From an uncultured virus (IMG/VR IMGVR_UViG_3300032285_000913) (Duplodnaviria; Heunggongvirae; Uroviricota; Caudoviricetes): a DNA stretch of 20,000 bases. Of this stretch, positions 1 through 8,856 are shown in pieces. The first letter of the stretch is position 1, and each line of letters begins with the position of its first letter. The stretch lies in IMG/VR virus record IMGVR_UViG_3300032285_000913, one strand, 5' to 3'. A program made the position numbers and the translations under genes. Below the pieces are notes generated by a model. It did no database searches, was not told where the DNA came from, and saw only the letters and a program-made list of their open reading frames with translations.

Positions 1-676
1 AGTACGTCAAAATACAGAAAGGATTATTGCTGTGTCAGAATATGAAAAGGGAGTAATCTCTAAAGAACTCAACATCAATCCAAATAAAGTGGCAGTAATC
101 CCAAATGCCATTGAGCCAGTAATTCCAAATTCAGATAAGTTTAAAAAGATTGATAAGGTAAAAATCATTCATGCCTCTACTGCTAACCGTGGTATGGATA
201 TCCTTCTTAAAGCAATCCCACTAATCACTGAGGATTTTGAATTAAATATATTCAATGACTTCTATCCAGACTTACCACATTCTTATAATTTGGATGCAGT
301 CAATGACCCAAGGGTAAACTTTTATGGAAAGACTCCACGCAAAACTTTGTATAAGTTTTTTGCAGATGCTCATATCCACGCTTATCCATCTACATACCCA
401 GAAACTTCTTGCCTAACACAAATGGAAGCACTGTCTGCTGGATGCTACGCTGTGTACACAGACCTGGGGGCATTGCCAGAAACTTCTATGGGGCATGGGA
501 CGATGATTCCATTTAACGAACTAACTCCAGAAAGATACGCTGAAGAATTAACTAAGGCTATCAAGATGGTTAAAGAACATGGATACGACTATACTAAACA
601 AGTACAGGATATCCATGACAATTTTACTTGGGATAAGGCAAAACAAAACTGGCTTGCCTTTGACCAAACAATCTAG
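1..676 (+). CDS. Glycosyltransferase, GT4/GT-B family (5' partial)
   Basis: Frame is open from base 2; GT4 signature YPSTYPETSCLTQMEALSAG...TDLGALPE and VIPNAI motif. Confidence 0.85.
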   Translation, partial: VRQNTERIIAVSEYEKGVISKELNINPNKVAVIPNAIEPVIPNSDKFKKIDKVKIIHASTANRGMDILLKAIPLITEDFELNIFNDFYPDLPHSYNLDAVNDPRVNFYGKTPRKTLYKFFADAHIHAYPSTYPETSCLTQMEALSAGCYAVYTDLGALPETSMGHGTMIPFNELTPERYAEELTKAIKMVKEHGYDYTKQVQDIHDNFTWDKAKQNWLAFDQTI

Positions 677-698
677 TATAATAACTATAGGTGATTAA

Positions 699-1112
699 AT
701 GGAATACTTTGCAGGTTCAGTTGTGACGTTAATTACAATGTACATCGTTAGTAAATTGATTAATCATCCTAAGAATAACTTCAAAACTGTAAAAACAAAC
801 TTTAGTCAGAGCCGTCAGAATGAACTGGTGAAAGACTATATTCCTATCAATGCCAAGTCTCCACTGGTATCTCAGGCATCAAAACACCTTCGCTCACAGT
901 ATACTCGCATTATCTTTATTAATGATGATGCTTTCTGGCTTGAAGATAATTGTGTATACAAGGCAGATTTTGATGGTAGTCATGTAAACTATGAAACAAA
1001 AATAAAGGTTGACATGATGGACATGGATAAGGTAGAATTAGATAAGATGATTTTTGTCGTCGAACGATTAACGGAAGGACTATCAAATGATAGTGGCAAT
1101 TCAGGGAACTAA
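699..1112 (+). CDS. Hypothetical protein with N-terminal membrane anchor
   Basis: 137 aa ORF with hydrophobic N-terminus; TATAAT at 677-682 and AGGTGA RBS upstream. Confidence 0.7.
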   Translation: MEYFAGSVVTLITMYIVSKLINHPKNNFKTVKTNFSQSRQNELVKDYIPINAKSPLVSQASKHLRSQYTRIIFINDDAFWLEDNCVYKADFDGSHVNYETKIKVDMMDMDKVELDKMIFVVERLTEGLSNDSGNSGN

Positions 1113-1437
1113 GAACTTCAATGAGTATGAAGTTTTTCTTAGGGGTATTGGTAACGCTCTGCGTAGCCTACCAGAGAGTGATACAGAGTTTACAATTATG
1201 TCTGCTGGTCCACTCAACATTAATCGTTATGCATTAGAGTTTACAAATATTAGTGAACGTAGCCTCAAGGCTCGCAATGTAAAGATTAAACTTGTTAAAA
1301 TTCCTCCTACATGGATTAAAGATAACATTAATAAGGTTAATTACTTTCTATTTTTTAGTAAGCCAAAAGAGTCTCTATCTGAACTGGTTGACCTGGCTGA
1401 AGCCAAAGATGTTGAAGTCGGAGTATACCGCTACTAA
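1087..1437 (+). CDS. Hypothetical protein, possibly SLOG/YspA-like Rossmannoid fold
   Basis: N-terminal MIVAIQGTKNFNEY resembles the YspA/DUF2493 'IxGxRxFxDY' start; overlaps both neighbours. Confidence 0.55.
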   Translation: MIVAIQGTKNFNEYEVFLRGIGNALRSLPESDTEFTIMSAGPLNINRYALEFTNISERSLKARNVKIKLVKIPPTWIKDNINKVNYFLFFSKPKESLSELVDLAEAKDVEVGVYRY

Positions 1438-1805
1438 TGTTGAGTAAAAGAGAGAATGCTTTTCTTTCGGTTGCTAGATATCTTGCAAAGAAATCTGATG
1501 CCAAGCAAAAGCATGGAGCAGTTGTTGTTAAGGGCGGTAGCGTAATTGGTACTGGCTTTAACAAGGATAGGAACCATCCAGATTTTGTATCACCTGAACA
1601 CATCAAGCAGCATTGTTCTGTACATGCTGAGATTGATGCAATAAGGGATGCAGGATGGAACGTAAAGGGTGCTGTCCTTTATGTTGCCAGAGTTAATCGC
1701 TTTGGTGAAGACCGCTACAGCAAGCCCTGTGACCGATGTAACGTGGTCATTCAGGAGACCCAAATCAAAAAAGTAATCTATACAGGGAGTGATTATGTTA
1801 ATTAA
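1437..1805 (+). CDS. Cytidine/dCMP deaminase-family Zn deaminase
   Basis: HAE and PCxxC motifs (VHAEIDA, SKPCDRC); HGAVVV..GFN. Confidence 0.85.
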   Translation: MLSKRENAFLSVARYLAKKSDAKQKHGAVVVKGGSVIGTGFNKDRNHPDFVSPEHIKQHCSVHAEIDAIRDAGWNVKGAVLYVARVNRFGEDRYSKPCDRCNVVIQETQIKKVIYTGSDYVN

Positions 1806-2016
1806 ATCACTAGAAGAGATGGAGACCATTGTAGATAACAATGAGTCACTATCATGGGATGGTTGGACTGTGCTAGAGGCGAAGAAGTCGCAAACAGCAT
1901 GGATGCAGCCAAACGCAGCATTCATCAAGCATGAGTGGCACACTGTCAATCGTTTTGACATTACCGAAAGCGGTTGGGATATTCCAACCAAGTTGGTGAA
2001 GAAGAATGCCAAATGA
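1795..2016 (+). CDS. Hypothetical phage protein
   Basis: Overlaps both neighbours; GGGAG RBS upstream; Trp-rich. Confidence 0.65.
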   Translation: MLIKSLEEMETIVDNNESLSWDGWTVLEAKKSQTAWMQPNAAFIKHEWHTVNRFDITESGWDIPTKLVKKNAK

Positions 2017-2296
2017 CAAAAATTGGAGAGATTCTGCCAAATGTAATGGTTGGGACACAAATCTTTTCTTTGACGACTACGAAGAAGACGTTGAGTTAAG
2101 GAAAGATATAGATGAGTTCTGTTCTACCTGTCCTGTTATGCGACAATGTTTCGCAGTTGGGGTATCAACTAAACAGACAGGTGTATGGGGCGGAGTCTAT
2201 CTGGATAACGGAAAGATATCTAGAGAATTTAATAGACACAAATCAAAACAAGCCTGGGCTGACACCTGGTCTGATTTAACAATAGATAAGGAATAA
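2006..2296 (+). CDS. whiB: WhiB-family Fe-S transcription factor
   Basis: W..A.C...D...FF, CxxCPV...C, GVWGG signature. Confidence 0.92.
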   Translation: MPNDKNWRDSAKCNGWDTNLFFDDYEEDVELRKDIDEFCSTCPVMRQCFAVGVSTKQTGVWGGVYLDNGKISREFNRHKSKQAWADTWSDLTIDKE

Positions 2297-2297
2297 A

Positions 2298-2531
2298 ATG
2301 TATACTGTTGAAATGGCAACGGCATTCAAGGCAATCGTTCCACCAGAAAACTTTGGTGTAACCATCCTAGATGCTAATGACTTTCTAACTATTCAAATTG
2401 ACCCAGAGGACATTGAGAGTCTTCTTGACCATCAAGTTGACGATGCTGTTCAGTACATCAAGGATGTAAAGAAAGCATTAGAAGACAATGGGGCTATTGT
2501 TTATATTGTTCGTGAAGCATTGAAGGACTAA
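2298..2531 (+). CDS. Hypothetical phage protein
   Basis: 77 aa ORF with AAGGA RBS, tightly packed in operon. Confidence 0.7.
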   Translation: MYTVEMATAFKAIVPPENFGVTILDANDFLTIQIDPEDIESLLDHQVDDAVQYIKDVKKALEDNGAIVYIVREALKD

Positions 2532-2536
2532 GACAA

Positions 2537-2977
2537 ATGATTTTATCTTGGGTTGATTCAATCATTGTTGCATTATTGCTTTCAATGGTTATTTATCTTG
2601 TTTATAGATTCTTTAAAATTAGGACATTGTTCAAGGCTTTGTCTGACCTATATATGCAAGCAATGGCAGACAAGATGCTATTGCAAAAAAAGGTAGAACA
2701 AATGTATCAAGATATCGAAAATGCTAAACTGGAACAGACTGATGGATTTCTAAAGTTTGTATCAGACTCTCGTGACTGGGCTTTCCAGTATATCGAAGAG
2801 GTGCAATCAGCACTGTCAGAATTTGATGGTGCTATAGCACCAACGCTTGAGTGGGCTAAAACATATGGTACAGTACTAGGTGAAACAGCCCACACAGAAG
2901 CACTAGAAAAAATTTCCAAAGCATACGACAAACTAAAAGAAGTATTGCCACAGGAAAACCAAACGCCTAATAACTAG
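2537..2977 (+). CDS. Membrane-anchored coiled-coil hypothetical protein
   Basis: N-terminal TM segment followed by helical region. Confidence 0.7.
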   Translation: MILSWVDSIIVALLLSMVIYLVYRFFKIRTLFKALSDLYMQAMADKMLLQKKVEQMYQDIENAKLEQTDGFLKFVSDSRDWAFQYIEEVQSALSEFDGAIAPTLEWAKTYGTVLGETAHTEALEKISKAYDKLKEVLPQENQTPNN

Positions 2978-2997
2978 GCATTAACAAGGAGAAATAA

Positions 2998-3342
2998 ATG
3001 AACGCAAAACTAAAAGCAGCACTTGCATCATATGCACGAAGTGTTCTATCAGCAGCAGTAGCCCTATATCTAGCAGGTGTAACTGACCCAGTTCAGTTGC
3101 TATCGGCTCTAGCAGCAGGTCTACTGCCAGTAGCAATTCGCTACATCAATCCAAAGGACCCTGCTTTCGGTCGTGTAGCAGAGCAGGTTGTACTTGCTCG
3201 CCTACCAAAGGGTGAAACAGTAATTCCAAAGGAATACCTTGAGAAAAACAAGGAAGCCATCGACAAGGTAATCAAGGCAGTTGCTGCAGATGCCAAGGCA
3301 AAGCAAGCAGTAAGCCCAAAGAAGGCTGCTCCAAAGAAGTAA
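2998..3342 (+). CDS. Holin-like membrane protein with basic C-terminal tail
   Basis: Two hydrophobic helices (SYARSVLSAAVALYLAG; LLSALAAGLLPVAIRY), NPKDPAFG, Lys/Ala-rich tail; AAGGAG RBS. Confidence 0.55.
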   Translation: MNAKLKAALASYARSVLSAAVALYLAGVTDPVQLLSALAAGLLPVAIRYINPKDPAFGRVAEQVVLARLPKGETVIPKEYLEKNKEAIDKVIKAVAADAKAKQAVSPKKAAPKK

Positions 3343-3356
3343 TTTAAATAATGATT

Positions 3357-3385
3357 AGGGGTAATACTTCGGTATTGCCCCTTTT
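3357..3385 (+). terminator. Rho-independent terminator
   Basis: AGGGGTAATAC-TTCG-GTATTGCCCCT followed by T run, just after the 3342 stop. Confidence 0.85.
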
Positions 3386-3413
3386 CGTTTATAAACATGT
3401 TATAATAGTAGGT

Positions 3414-3869
3414 ATGAATGAACAACTGATTACTCTACTCAAGTCTTGCACAGCAGACGCAGTAGCCCTTAAATTTAAGGCACATGGCTACCACTGGAAC
3501 GTAGAGGGTGATGATTTCCCACAATGGCACGATAAACTAGGCGACATCTATGAAGACCTAGATGGTGCTATCGACACTTTTGCTGAGTGGATTCGCATGG
3601 TTGATGTAAATGCCTATGCTCCATTCAAACTTTCACGCTTTGCAGAACTATCAACAATCCCAGAAACAGAAGTATCTTCTGACCCAATGAATATGATTGC
3701 TGACCTTGTTGCTTCATTCGATATTGCTATTGCCAGTTATGGTGTTGGCTTTGACCTAGCAACACAGACCAAACAGAATGGTCTTGCTAACTTCTTTGCA
3801 GACCGCCAGACAGCCCTACAGAAATGGAACTGGCAACTAAAGGCTTCGCTAAAGCCAATTGGAGACTAA
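3414..3869 (+). CDS. dps: Dps/ferritin-like protein (leaderless start)
   Basis: HGYHWNVEG..F..WH..L..IYE...IDTFAE ferroxidase motif; TATAAT 3401-3406 is 7 nt before ATG 3414. Confidence 0.9.
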   Translation: MNEQLITLLKSCTADAVALKFKAHGYHWNVEGDDFPQWHDKLGDIYEDLDGAIDTFAEWIRMVDVNAYAPFKLSRFAELSTIPETEVSSDPMNMIADLVASFDIAIASYGVGFDLATQTKQNGLANFFADRQTALQKWNWQLKASLKPIGD

Positions 3870-4237
3870 TGCCATATTCACTCGGAGAAAAAGGAACTCA
3901 CGGTTGCTCAGGATATCCTGTAGTTAAAACTGCGACTGGTGAGGTAATGGGATGCCACCCAACAGCAAAAGATGCTGGAAAACAATTGGCTGCTCTTCAC
4001 ATTAATGAGCCAGACGCAAATAAGGCTGACGGTCCTAATGCAGTAAATCCTTCATCAACTGCAAATCCAACCTATCCAGGAGTAGGAATTAAATATCCTA
4101 CGAGCCTTACCGCTGCTCGTAGAAGCAAGGGCGTTATTCGTAAGCCTAAGCGTAAGCGTGTTAGCGGTGGCGATGGTAATGATGCTTCTGGAGCATTTTC
4201 ATCTGGTGGACCTGGCGGAAGCATGGGGGTATCGTAA
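3869..4237 (+). CDS. Hypothetical phage protein (MPY...GCSGY.V...G.VMGCH.T type) with low-complexity tail
   Basis: ATG 3869 overlaps the Dps stop, with GGAG RBS; the 3824 start in the track is probably too early. Confidence 0.65.
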   Translation: MPYSLGEKGTHGCSGYPVVKTATGEVMGCHPTAKDAGKQLAALHINEPDANKADGPNAVNPSSTANPTYPGVGIKYPTSLTAARRSKGVIRKPKRKRVSGGDGNDASGAFSSGGPGGSMGVS

Positions 4238-4656
4238 TGGATAATGAATTAACTATGGACCCAACAGAAGACGAATTGTTTGAATGGGAATCATTGTCTG
4301 AAAGACAACAAGAGATGGCAGAAAATACTGCTGAGATTGTTCTTAAGTTTGGTATGTTTAATCAAGGCTCTGAAAAAGATGGTGCTCACTATTTTGATGG
4401 TAGCAAGAACCCATTTAAGTCTGAGGGCGTAATGTGTAAAAATTGTATCTTCTACAACGAAGAGGCTGCACAGTGTGTGGTAGTAGAAGGAAGCATTGAC
4501 GAAGAAGGTCTTTGCAAACTTTGGGTAATTCCAGAGGATGAACTGAATGAAACACCTGAGCAAGAGGCACAGGAAGACGCTACAGGCTATGAGATGGCAC
4601 AGAAGTCATTATGGTCTGGTGCATTTGACCCAAGGAGTGTGAATAAAATTGGCTGA
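4237..4656 (+). CDS. HiPIP-like 4-Cys Fe-S domain protein
   Basis: Y...CKNCIFY-x6-CVVVEGSI-x3-GLCKLW matches the high-potential iron-sulfur protein Cys pattern. Confidence 0.6.
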   Translation: MDNELTMDPTEDELFEWESLSERQQEMAENTAEIVLKFGMFNQGSEKDGAHYFDGSKNPFKSEGVMCKNCIFYNEEAAQCVVVEGSIDEEGLCKLWVIPEDELNETPEQEAQEDATGYEMAQKSLWSGAFDPRSVNKIG

Positions 4657-5248
4657 TACATATAAACCAACAGGAGCAATGGCTGCTGCTGCTCGTAAGG
4701 CTATTAAGTTTAAGGAAGATGGCAAGGCTAATGGTGCTGGAACTAACGTAGGCTGGACTCGTGCTCACCAACTTGCATCTGGAGAATCTCTCAGTCTTGA
4801 TACTGTTAAGCGTATGTATTCATTCTTCTCTCGTCACGAAGTAGACAAGAAGGGCAAGGACTGGGGCAACCAGGCTAACCCATCTAATGGATACATTATG
4901 TGGCTTGCATGGGGTGGAGACGCTGGATTCTCTTGGAGTCGTGCTATCGTAAACCGTGCAATGGACAAAGAAATCTTTGCTGACTTTGGTAGAGATTATT
5001 CCAGAGATGAAACAATTATGCTTAAGGGTGTAGGCGTTGGTGACATGGTCACTTGGGGTTCTTCTGGCGGTAACGCAACAGGTAAAATTATTAAGATTGT
5101 TCGTAATGGAAAATATAATGTTCCAGATTCATCATTCACAATTACTGGTACACCAGAAGACCCTGCTGCTGCTATTCGTGTATACCAAGATGGAAAGCCA
5201 ACCGATACTGTCGTTGGTCACAAATTAAGTTCTCTACGCAAGAAGTAA
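4649..5248 (+). CDS. Phage protein with C-terminal Tudor/SH3-like (DUF2945-like) domain
   Basis: TTG start; N-domain TVKRMYSFFSRHE...WGGDAG; C-domain VGDMVTWGSSGG.ATGKI. Confidence 0.65.
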   Translation: MADTYKPTGAMAAAARKAIKFKEDGKANGAGTNVGWTRAHQLASGESLSLDTVKRMYSFFSRHEVDKKGKDWGNQANPSNGYIMWLAWGGDAGFSWSRAIVNRAMDKEIFADFGRDYSRDETIMLKGVGVGDMVTWGSSGGNATGKIIKIVRNGKYNVPDSSFTITGTPEDPAAAIRVYQDGKPTDTVVGHKLSSLRKK

Positions 5249-5251
5249 TGC

Positions 5252-5280
5252 TTGACAATCAAGTACCTTTCCTGTAAAAT
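5252..5280 (+). promoter_or_regulatory. Sigma70/SigA promoter
   Basis: TTGACA-N17-TAAAAT. Confidence 0.75.
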
Positions 5281-5304
5281 AGACATATAAAACATTGGAG
5301 CATA

Positions 5305-5475
5305 ATGGAACACAGTCTATTTGACGTGGTCTTTGGAATAGACCATATAATTGCAGAATTCTTTTGGAATGCCGTATTCGCACTTGTCGTATATGGATTC
5401 ACAAAGGCTAGAACGCTTCGCAAGATTCACAAGTATGTGGATAGCAAGCACGGAGTAGAACACGAGGAGTACTAA
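5305..5475 (+). CDS. Small membrane protein (56 aa, not in ORF track)
   Basis: MEHSLFDVVFGIDHIIAEFFWNAVFALVVYGFTKARTLRKIHKYVDSKHGVEHEEY; GGAG RBS; stop overlaps next ATG. Confidence 0.65.
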   Translation: MEHSLFDVVFGIDHIIAEFFWNAVFALVVYGFTKARTLRKIHKYVDSKHGVEHEEY

Positions 5476-5762
5476 TGGAAATCAGTAAAGAATTTACACA
5501 GGCGGTAGCCAAAACATATGCAGAAGCAGAAGAGTTGCTTATTCGTAAGCACAAAGACTATGGACCAAAGAATATTTCTGGTAGTCCAGGTGGTCCACTA
5601 AATGGTTTGCGTGTCCGTATGCACGATAAGTTGGCTAGAATTAACAATCTTATTGATTCTGGAGCAACACCAGAGAACGAAAGTCTTCGTGACTCATTCA
5701 TTGACATGGCTAACTATGCTTTAATTGCAATGTTGGTTATTGACGGTGACTGGGATAAATAA
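5475..5762 (+). CDS. DUF1599 / nucleotide modification-associated domain 1 protein
   Basis: K.KDYG...RM.DK..R......ESL.DS..D.ANYA motif. Confidence 0.8.
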   Translation: MEISKEFTQAVAKTYAEAEELLIRKHKDYGPKNISGSPGGPLNGLRVRMHDKLARINNLIDSGATPENESLRDSFIDMANYALIAMLVIDGDWDK

Positions 5763-5776
5763 GGTATACTAGATAT

Positions 5777-6355
5777 ATGAGCAATCCAACAGAATGGGAT
5801 ATCTCTGGCGGTAACTTCAATAAGCCAGTTGAATTCCCAGAAACAATTAATACTGATATTAGTAAGAATACAGTAGATAATTTTACTAAAGTTCCAAGTA
5901 TGGTGGTTGAAGCACCAGTGGTAGTAAAGAAGTCTAAGCGTATCAATCCAGATGCCCTGCCTGTTCTATATACAGCAGTTGCACTTGTGACCATCCTCAT
6001 GATTTCATCATTCGTGGTTTCATTCAGTGGTATCTATGAGGTATCTGCATGGACAGGACTACCAACAATCCTACAATGGCTACCAGCATTCTTTATTGAT
6101 GCTGCTATTCTTGCCTATACCATTTCACTTGTGGTGTTTAAGGCTCGTGGAGAAAGTACATGGCGAACATTAGCAGGACTAACTGGCTTTGCTGCTATGT
6201 CAGTTGTTGCTAACGTAGCACATACGCTAAACTATTGGAATGGCAATGTCACAGACTATCGTGGCTGGATTGGTGTGGCTATTACTGCTGCTGCCCCTAT
6301 CGCTGTTCTACTTGCATCAGAAGAAATTACACGTCTAGCATTCGAAAAGGAGTAA
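5777..6355 (+). CDS. DUF2637-like multi-pass membrane protein (leaderless)
   Basis: Four TM segments, SF..SF..I....W..P..ID motif, ANVAH, APIA.L; TATACT 6 nt before ATG. Confidence 0.65.
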   Translation: MSNPTEWDISGGNFNKPVEFPETINTDISKNTVDNFTKVPSMVVEAPVVVKKSKRINPDALPVLYTAVALVTILMISSFVVSFSGIYEVSAWTGLPTILQWLPAFFIDAAILAYTISLVVFKARGESTWRTLAGLTGFAAMSVVANVAHTLNYWNGNVTDYRGWIGVAITAAAPIAVLLASEEITRLAFEKE

Positions 6356-6358
6356 ATA

Positions 6359-6670
6359 ATGCTAAAAGCACCAGAAGATATTATCATTATTAAAAAAGAA
6401 AAGAAAACTAACGAACCAGAAAAATCATCAAGTGGACTATTAATAATGTCCAATAGTGATGATGAAGACTCAAAGAACATCGGCACTGTTGTTCTAGTTG
6501 GCGAGGGTAGACAACTGCGTAGCGGTGTCCGTGTTCCAATGGAAGTAAAGGTTGGAGACAAGGTCATGTATAACCCAGGTGGCGTTATGAAATTTAAGCA
6601 TGAGGGAGAAGACTACCTGTCTATGTTTAGTGTTAGCGTATTAGCAATTCTGGAGAGTGATGATGAATAA
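6359..6670 (+). CDS. groES: GroES-like co-chaperonin
   Basis: SSGLLI, GTVVLVGEG, PMEVKVGDKV.Y, EGEDYL..VLAIL. Confidence 0.88.
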   Translation: MLKAPEDIIIIKKEKKTNEPEKSSSGLLIMSNSDDEDSKNIGTVVLVGEGRQLRSGVRVPMEVKVGDKVMYNPGGVMKFKHEGEDYLSMFSVSVLAILESDDE

Positions 6671-7352
6671 GATTAGTGTTCTTGACGAAGGCTATGTGCG
6701 TCTTGTAGATACGCTTGGAGACGACCTTTCAATTGTAAATGCTGCTCGTGTATCTTATGCAAAAGAGTCTGGCGTATTTGAAGACCGTGATGCTAAACTA
6801 ATCAAGTTTCTATTGCGTGAGGGACACACCTCACCATTCCGTCATGCTGCCCTAACATTTGAAGTTTATGCTCCATTGTTTGTGGCACGTCAGTGGTGGA
6901 AGTATGCTGTAGGTTCAACACACGTTGACGACCAGAATGGCTGGAATGAATCTTCACGTCGTTACATTACGGAAGATGAACAGTTCTATGTTCCACAGGT
7001 TGACGAGTGGCGTAGCAAGCCTGAGAATAGCAAGCAGGGTAGCGGAGAGCCAGTCAATGATGCACTTGGTCATGTATATACAAATAAACTAATAGAGATT
7101 ATTGCTAAAGGTACTACATGGTATCACGAGGCTATGGATGATGGTATTGCACCAGAACTAGCACGTTTGTTCCTACCTGCTTATGGTATGTATGTTCGCT
7201 GGCGATGGACAACATCTCTACAGGGTGTTCTTACATTCCTTGACCAAAGGCTTGAGCATGATGCACAGAAGGAAATCCAGGACTATGCAATCGCTGTTAA
7301 GGATTTGGCACATCAGGCATTCCCAGAAACATTTAAGGCGTTGCATAACTGA
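6657..7352 (+). CDS. thyX: Flavin-dependent thymidylate synthase
   Basis: IVNAARVSY, HTSPFRH, P.FVARQW, NESSRRY, APELAR..LP, R...AQ.EI; true start may be 6663. Confidence 0.95.
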   Translation: MMMNKISVLDEGYVRLVDTLGDDLSIVNAARVSYAKESGVFEDRDAKLIKFLLREGHTSPFRHAALTFEVYAPLFVARQWWKYAVGSTHVDDQNGWNESSRRYITEDEQFYVPQVDEWRSKPENSKQGSGEPVNDALGHVYTNKLIEIIAKGTTWYHEAMDDGIAPELARLFLPAYGMYVRWRWTTSLQGVLTFLDQRLEHDAQKEIQDYAIAVKDLAHQAFPETFKALHN

Positions 7353-7864
7353 TGCCAGGTTCGATGCCAGAAGGTAAAGACCTTGCAATGTATTGGATTG
7401 AAAATAAAATCAATCCACAAACTGTTTTAGATGTTGGTGCTGGCATTGGCACTTACTCATTGCTTTTCCGCAAGCATAACTTTGTTCCAAAACTTCTAAA
7501 TGCTATTGAGGTTTGGGAACCATATATTAAAGAATATGAATTATTAAATAAATATAAAAATGTATTTAACGTGGATGTTCGTGAGTGGGGAGACTGGGAC
7601 TATGATTTGGTTATTCTAGGAGACATTCTAGAACATATGAGCAAAGAAGAAGCCCTAGAGTTGTGGAACAGGATTTCAAAAAAGGCACGGTACGCAATCA
7701 TATCTATTCCTATTATTGATTGTCCACAGGGTCATGAACATAACAACCCTTATGAAGAACATATTAAAGATGATTGGACTACACAAGAAGTCTTGGAGTC
7801 TTTCAGCCACATTGTTGACCATAATGAATATTCTGTTGTTGGAGTTTTCTTAGCAAAGTTTTAA
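7352..7864 (+). CDS. Class I SAM-dependent methyltransferase
   Basis: VLDVGAGIG motif I; YDLVILGDILEHM. Confidence 0.88.
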   Translation: MPGSMPEGKDLAMYWIENKINPQTVLDVGAGIGTYSLLFRKHNFVPKLLNAIEVWEPYIKEYELLNKYKNVFNVDVREWGDWDYDLVILGDILEHMSKEEALELWNRISKKARYAIISIPIIDCPQGHEHNNPYEEHIKDDWTTQEVLESFSHIVDHNEYSVVGVFLAKF

Positions 7865-7870
7865 CAACTG

Positions 7871-7943
7871 CCCCTCGTAACTCAGTGGATAGAGTAGGAG
7901 CCTTCTAATCTCTTAGTCGCAAGTTCGATTCTTGCCGAGGGGG
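7871..7943 (+). tRNA. tRNA-Arg (anticodon TCT), CCA not encoded
   Basis: Acceptor CCCCTCG/CGAGGGG, D arm ACTC-AGTGGATA-GAGT, anticodon loop CTTCTAA, T arm GCAAG-TTCGATT-CTTGC. Confidence 0.92.
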
Positions 7944-7944
7944 C

Positions 7945-8628
7945 ATGAAAATTGGATTGATTATTCCCTGGAGAGAAACTCCAAGTAGATTAAGACCATT
8001 ACAGGCAGTGCTTGAATGGTATCAAACTAATCTACCAGACATTGAAATCATTTACGCCGATAAGCCAGGGGAATATTGGTCTGCTTCTGGTAGCCGTAAT
8101 TTAGGGGTCAGGAAGGCACAGGAGGCTCTCTGTGACGTTGTAATTTTGAATGATGCAGATACCCTACCAGAACTGAATTCGCTCCTAGAAGCCATAGATG
8201 CTGCCCAGTCTGATGGCATGATACATAACCCATACAGACTTTGTAAATACTTTGATATAGAGATGAGTGAGTTGTTCTACGCTGGCAAAGATATTAAACA
8301 ACTTAAACATACATTGTATACAGAAGCCAATGGTGGTATTTGGGTATGCACACCAGAGACATGGTGGAGTCTTGGCGGTATGGATGAAAAGTTTGTACAA
8401 TGGGGAGCAGAAGATTCAGCATTTGAATTAGCACACACAGTTATTAAGGGTAGTAAGTTTGTTAAGCATGATGGATATATTTATTGTCTAGGACATGAGG
8501 TTCAAATACATGACCCTGGATTCAATTATAATCAGATTAGAAACATCCAACTTTACTGGCTATACTATTCTGCATCTACACCAGAAAGAATGTTATCTTT
8601 AGTTAAACAAGAAAAGATGGAACTCTAG
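7945..8628 (+). CDS. Glycosyltransferase, GT2/GT7-like (GT-A fold)
   Basis: IIPWR, SRNLG, NDAD (DxD), GGMDEKFVQWGAED. Confidence 0.88.
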   Translation: MKIGLIIPWRETPSRLRPLQAVLEWYQTNLPDIEIIYADKPGEYWSASGSRNLGVRKAQEALCDVVILNDADTLPELNSLLEAIDAAQSDGMIHNPYRLCKYFDIEMSELFYAGKDIKQLKHTLYTEANGGIWVCTPETWWSLGGMDEKFVQWGAEDSAFELAHTVIKGSKFVKHDGYIYCLGHEVQIHDPGFNYNQIRNIQLYWLYYSASTPERMLSLVKQEKMEL

Positions 8629-8837
8629 ACTTCGCCTAGTTTTTCATAAGCCCAACCCAAGACTGCTGCAGCGACCTCGTCGCCCTCTTGCTCTTTAAGT
8701 GAAATAAGTTCTCTGAGTCTTTCAAAGAATTCAAAGCGTTCTTCTTCTCCGCCAAGTGAATATAACTCAGCGTGGATATCATCAATCTTGTGGTACAAGT
8801 CGTCCACTCGTTCTTCAATATCTTGAATGTTTTCCAT
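8625..8837 (-). CDS. Hypothetical acidic helical protein (leaderless)
   Basis: TATAAT-N6-ATG on the minus strand; 70 aa. Confidence 0.7.
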   Translation of the reverse strand: MENIQDIEERVDDLYHKIDDIHAELYSLGGEEERFEFFERLRELISLKEQEGDEVAAAVLGWAYEKLGEV

Positions 8838-8856
8838 ACTTTAATTATACTACTCT

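Noticed and set aside
4553..4575. ACCTGAGCAAG on the + strand resembling the pseudoknot loop
   Set aside because: Inside a CDS, with no closing stem and no downstream TGCTC.
7871..7943. tRNA as a prophage attachment site
   Set aside because: No integrase and no duplicated tRNA 3' end seen in the window; phage-like genes continue on both sides.
1355..8400. Antisense or alternative-frame ORFs over left-arm genes (e.g. 1355-1606, 1590-2060, 2707-2931, 3141-3425, 4291-4563, 5737-6000, 6256-6567, 8185-8400)
   Set aside because: Shadows of well-supported genes, with no motifs or start signals.
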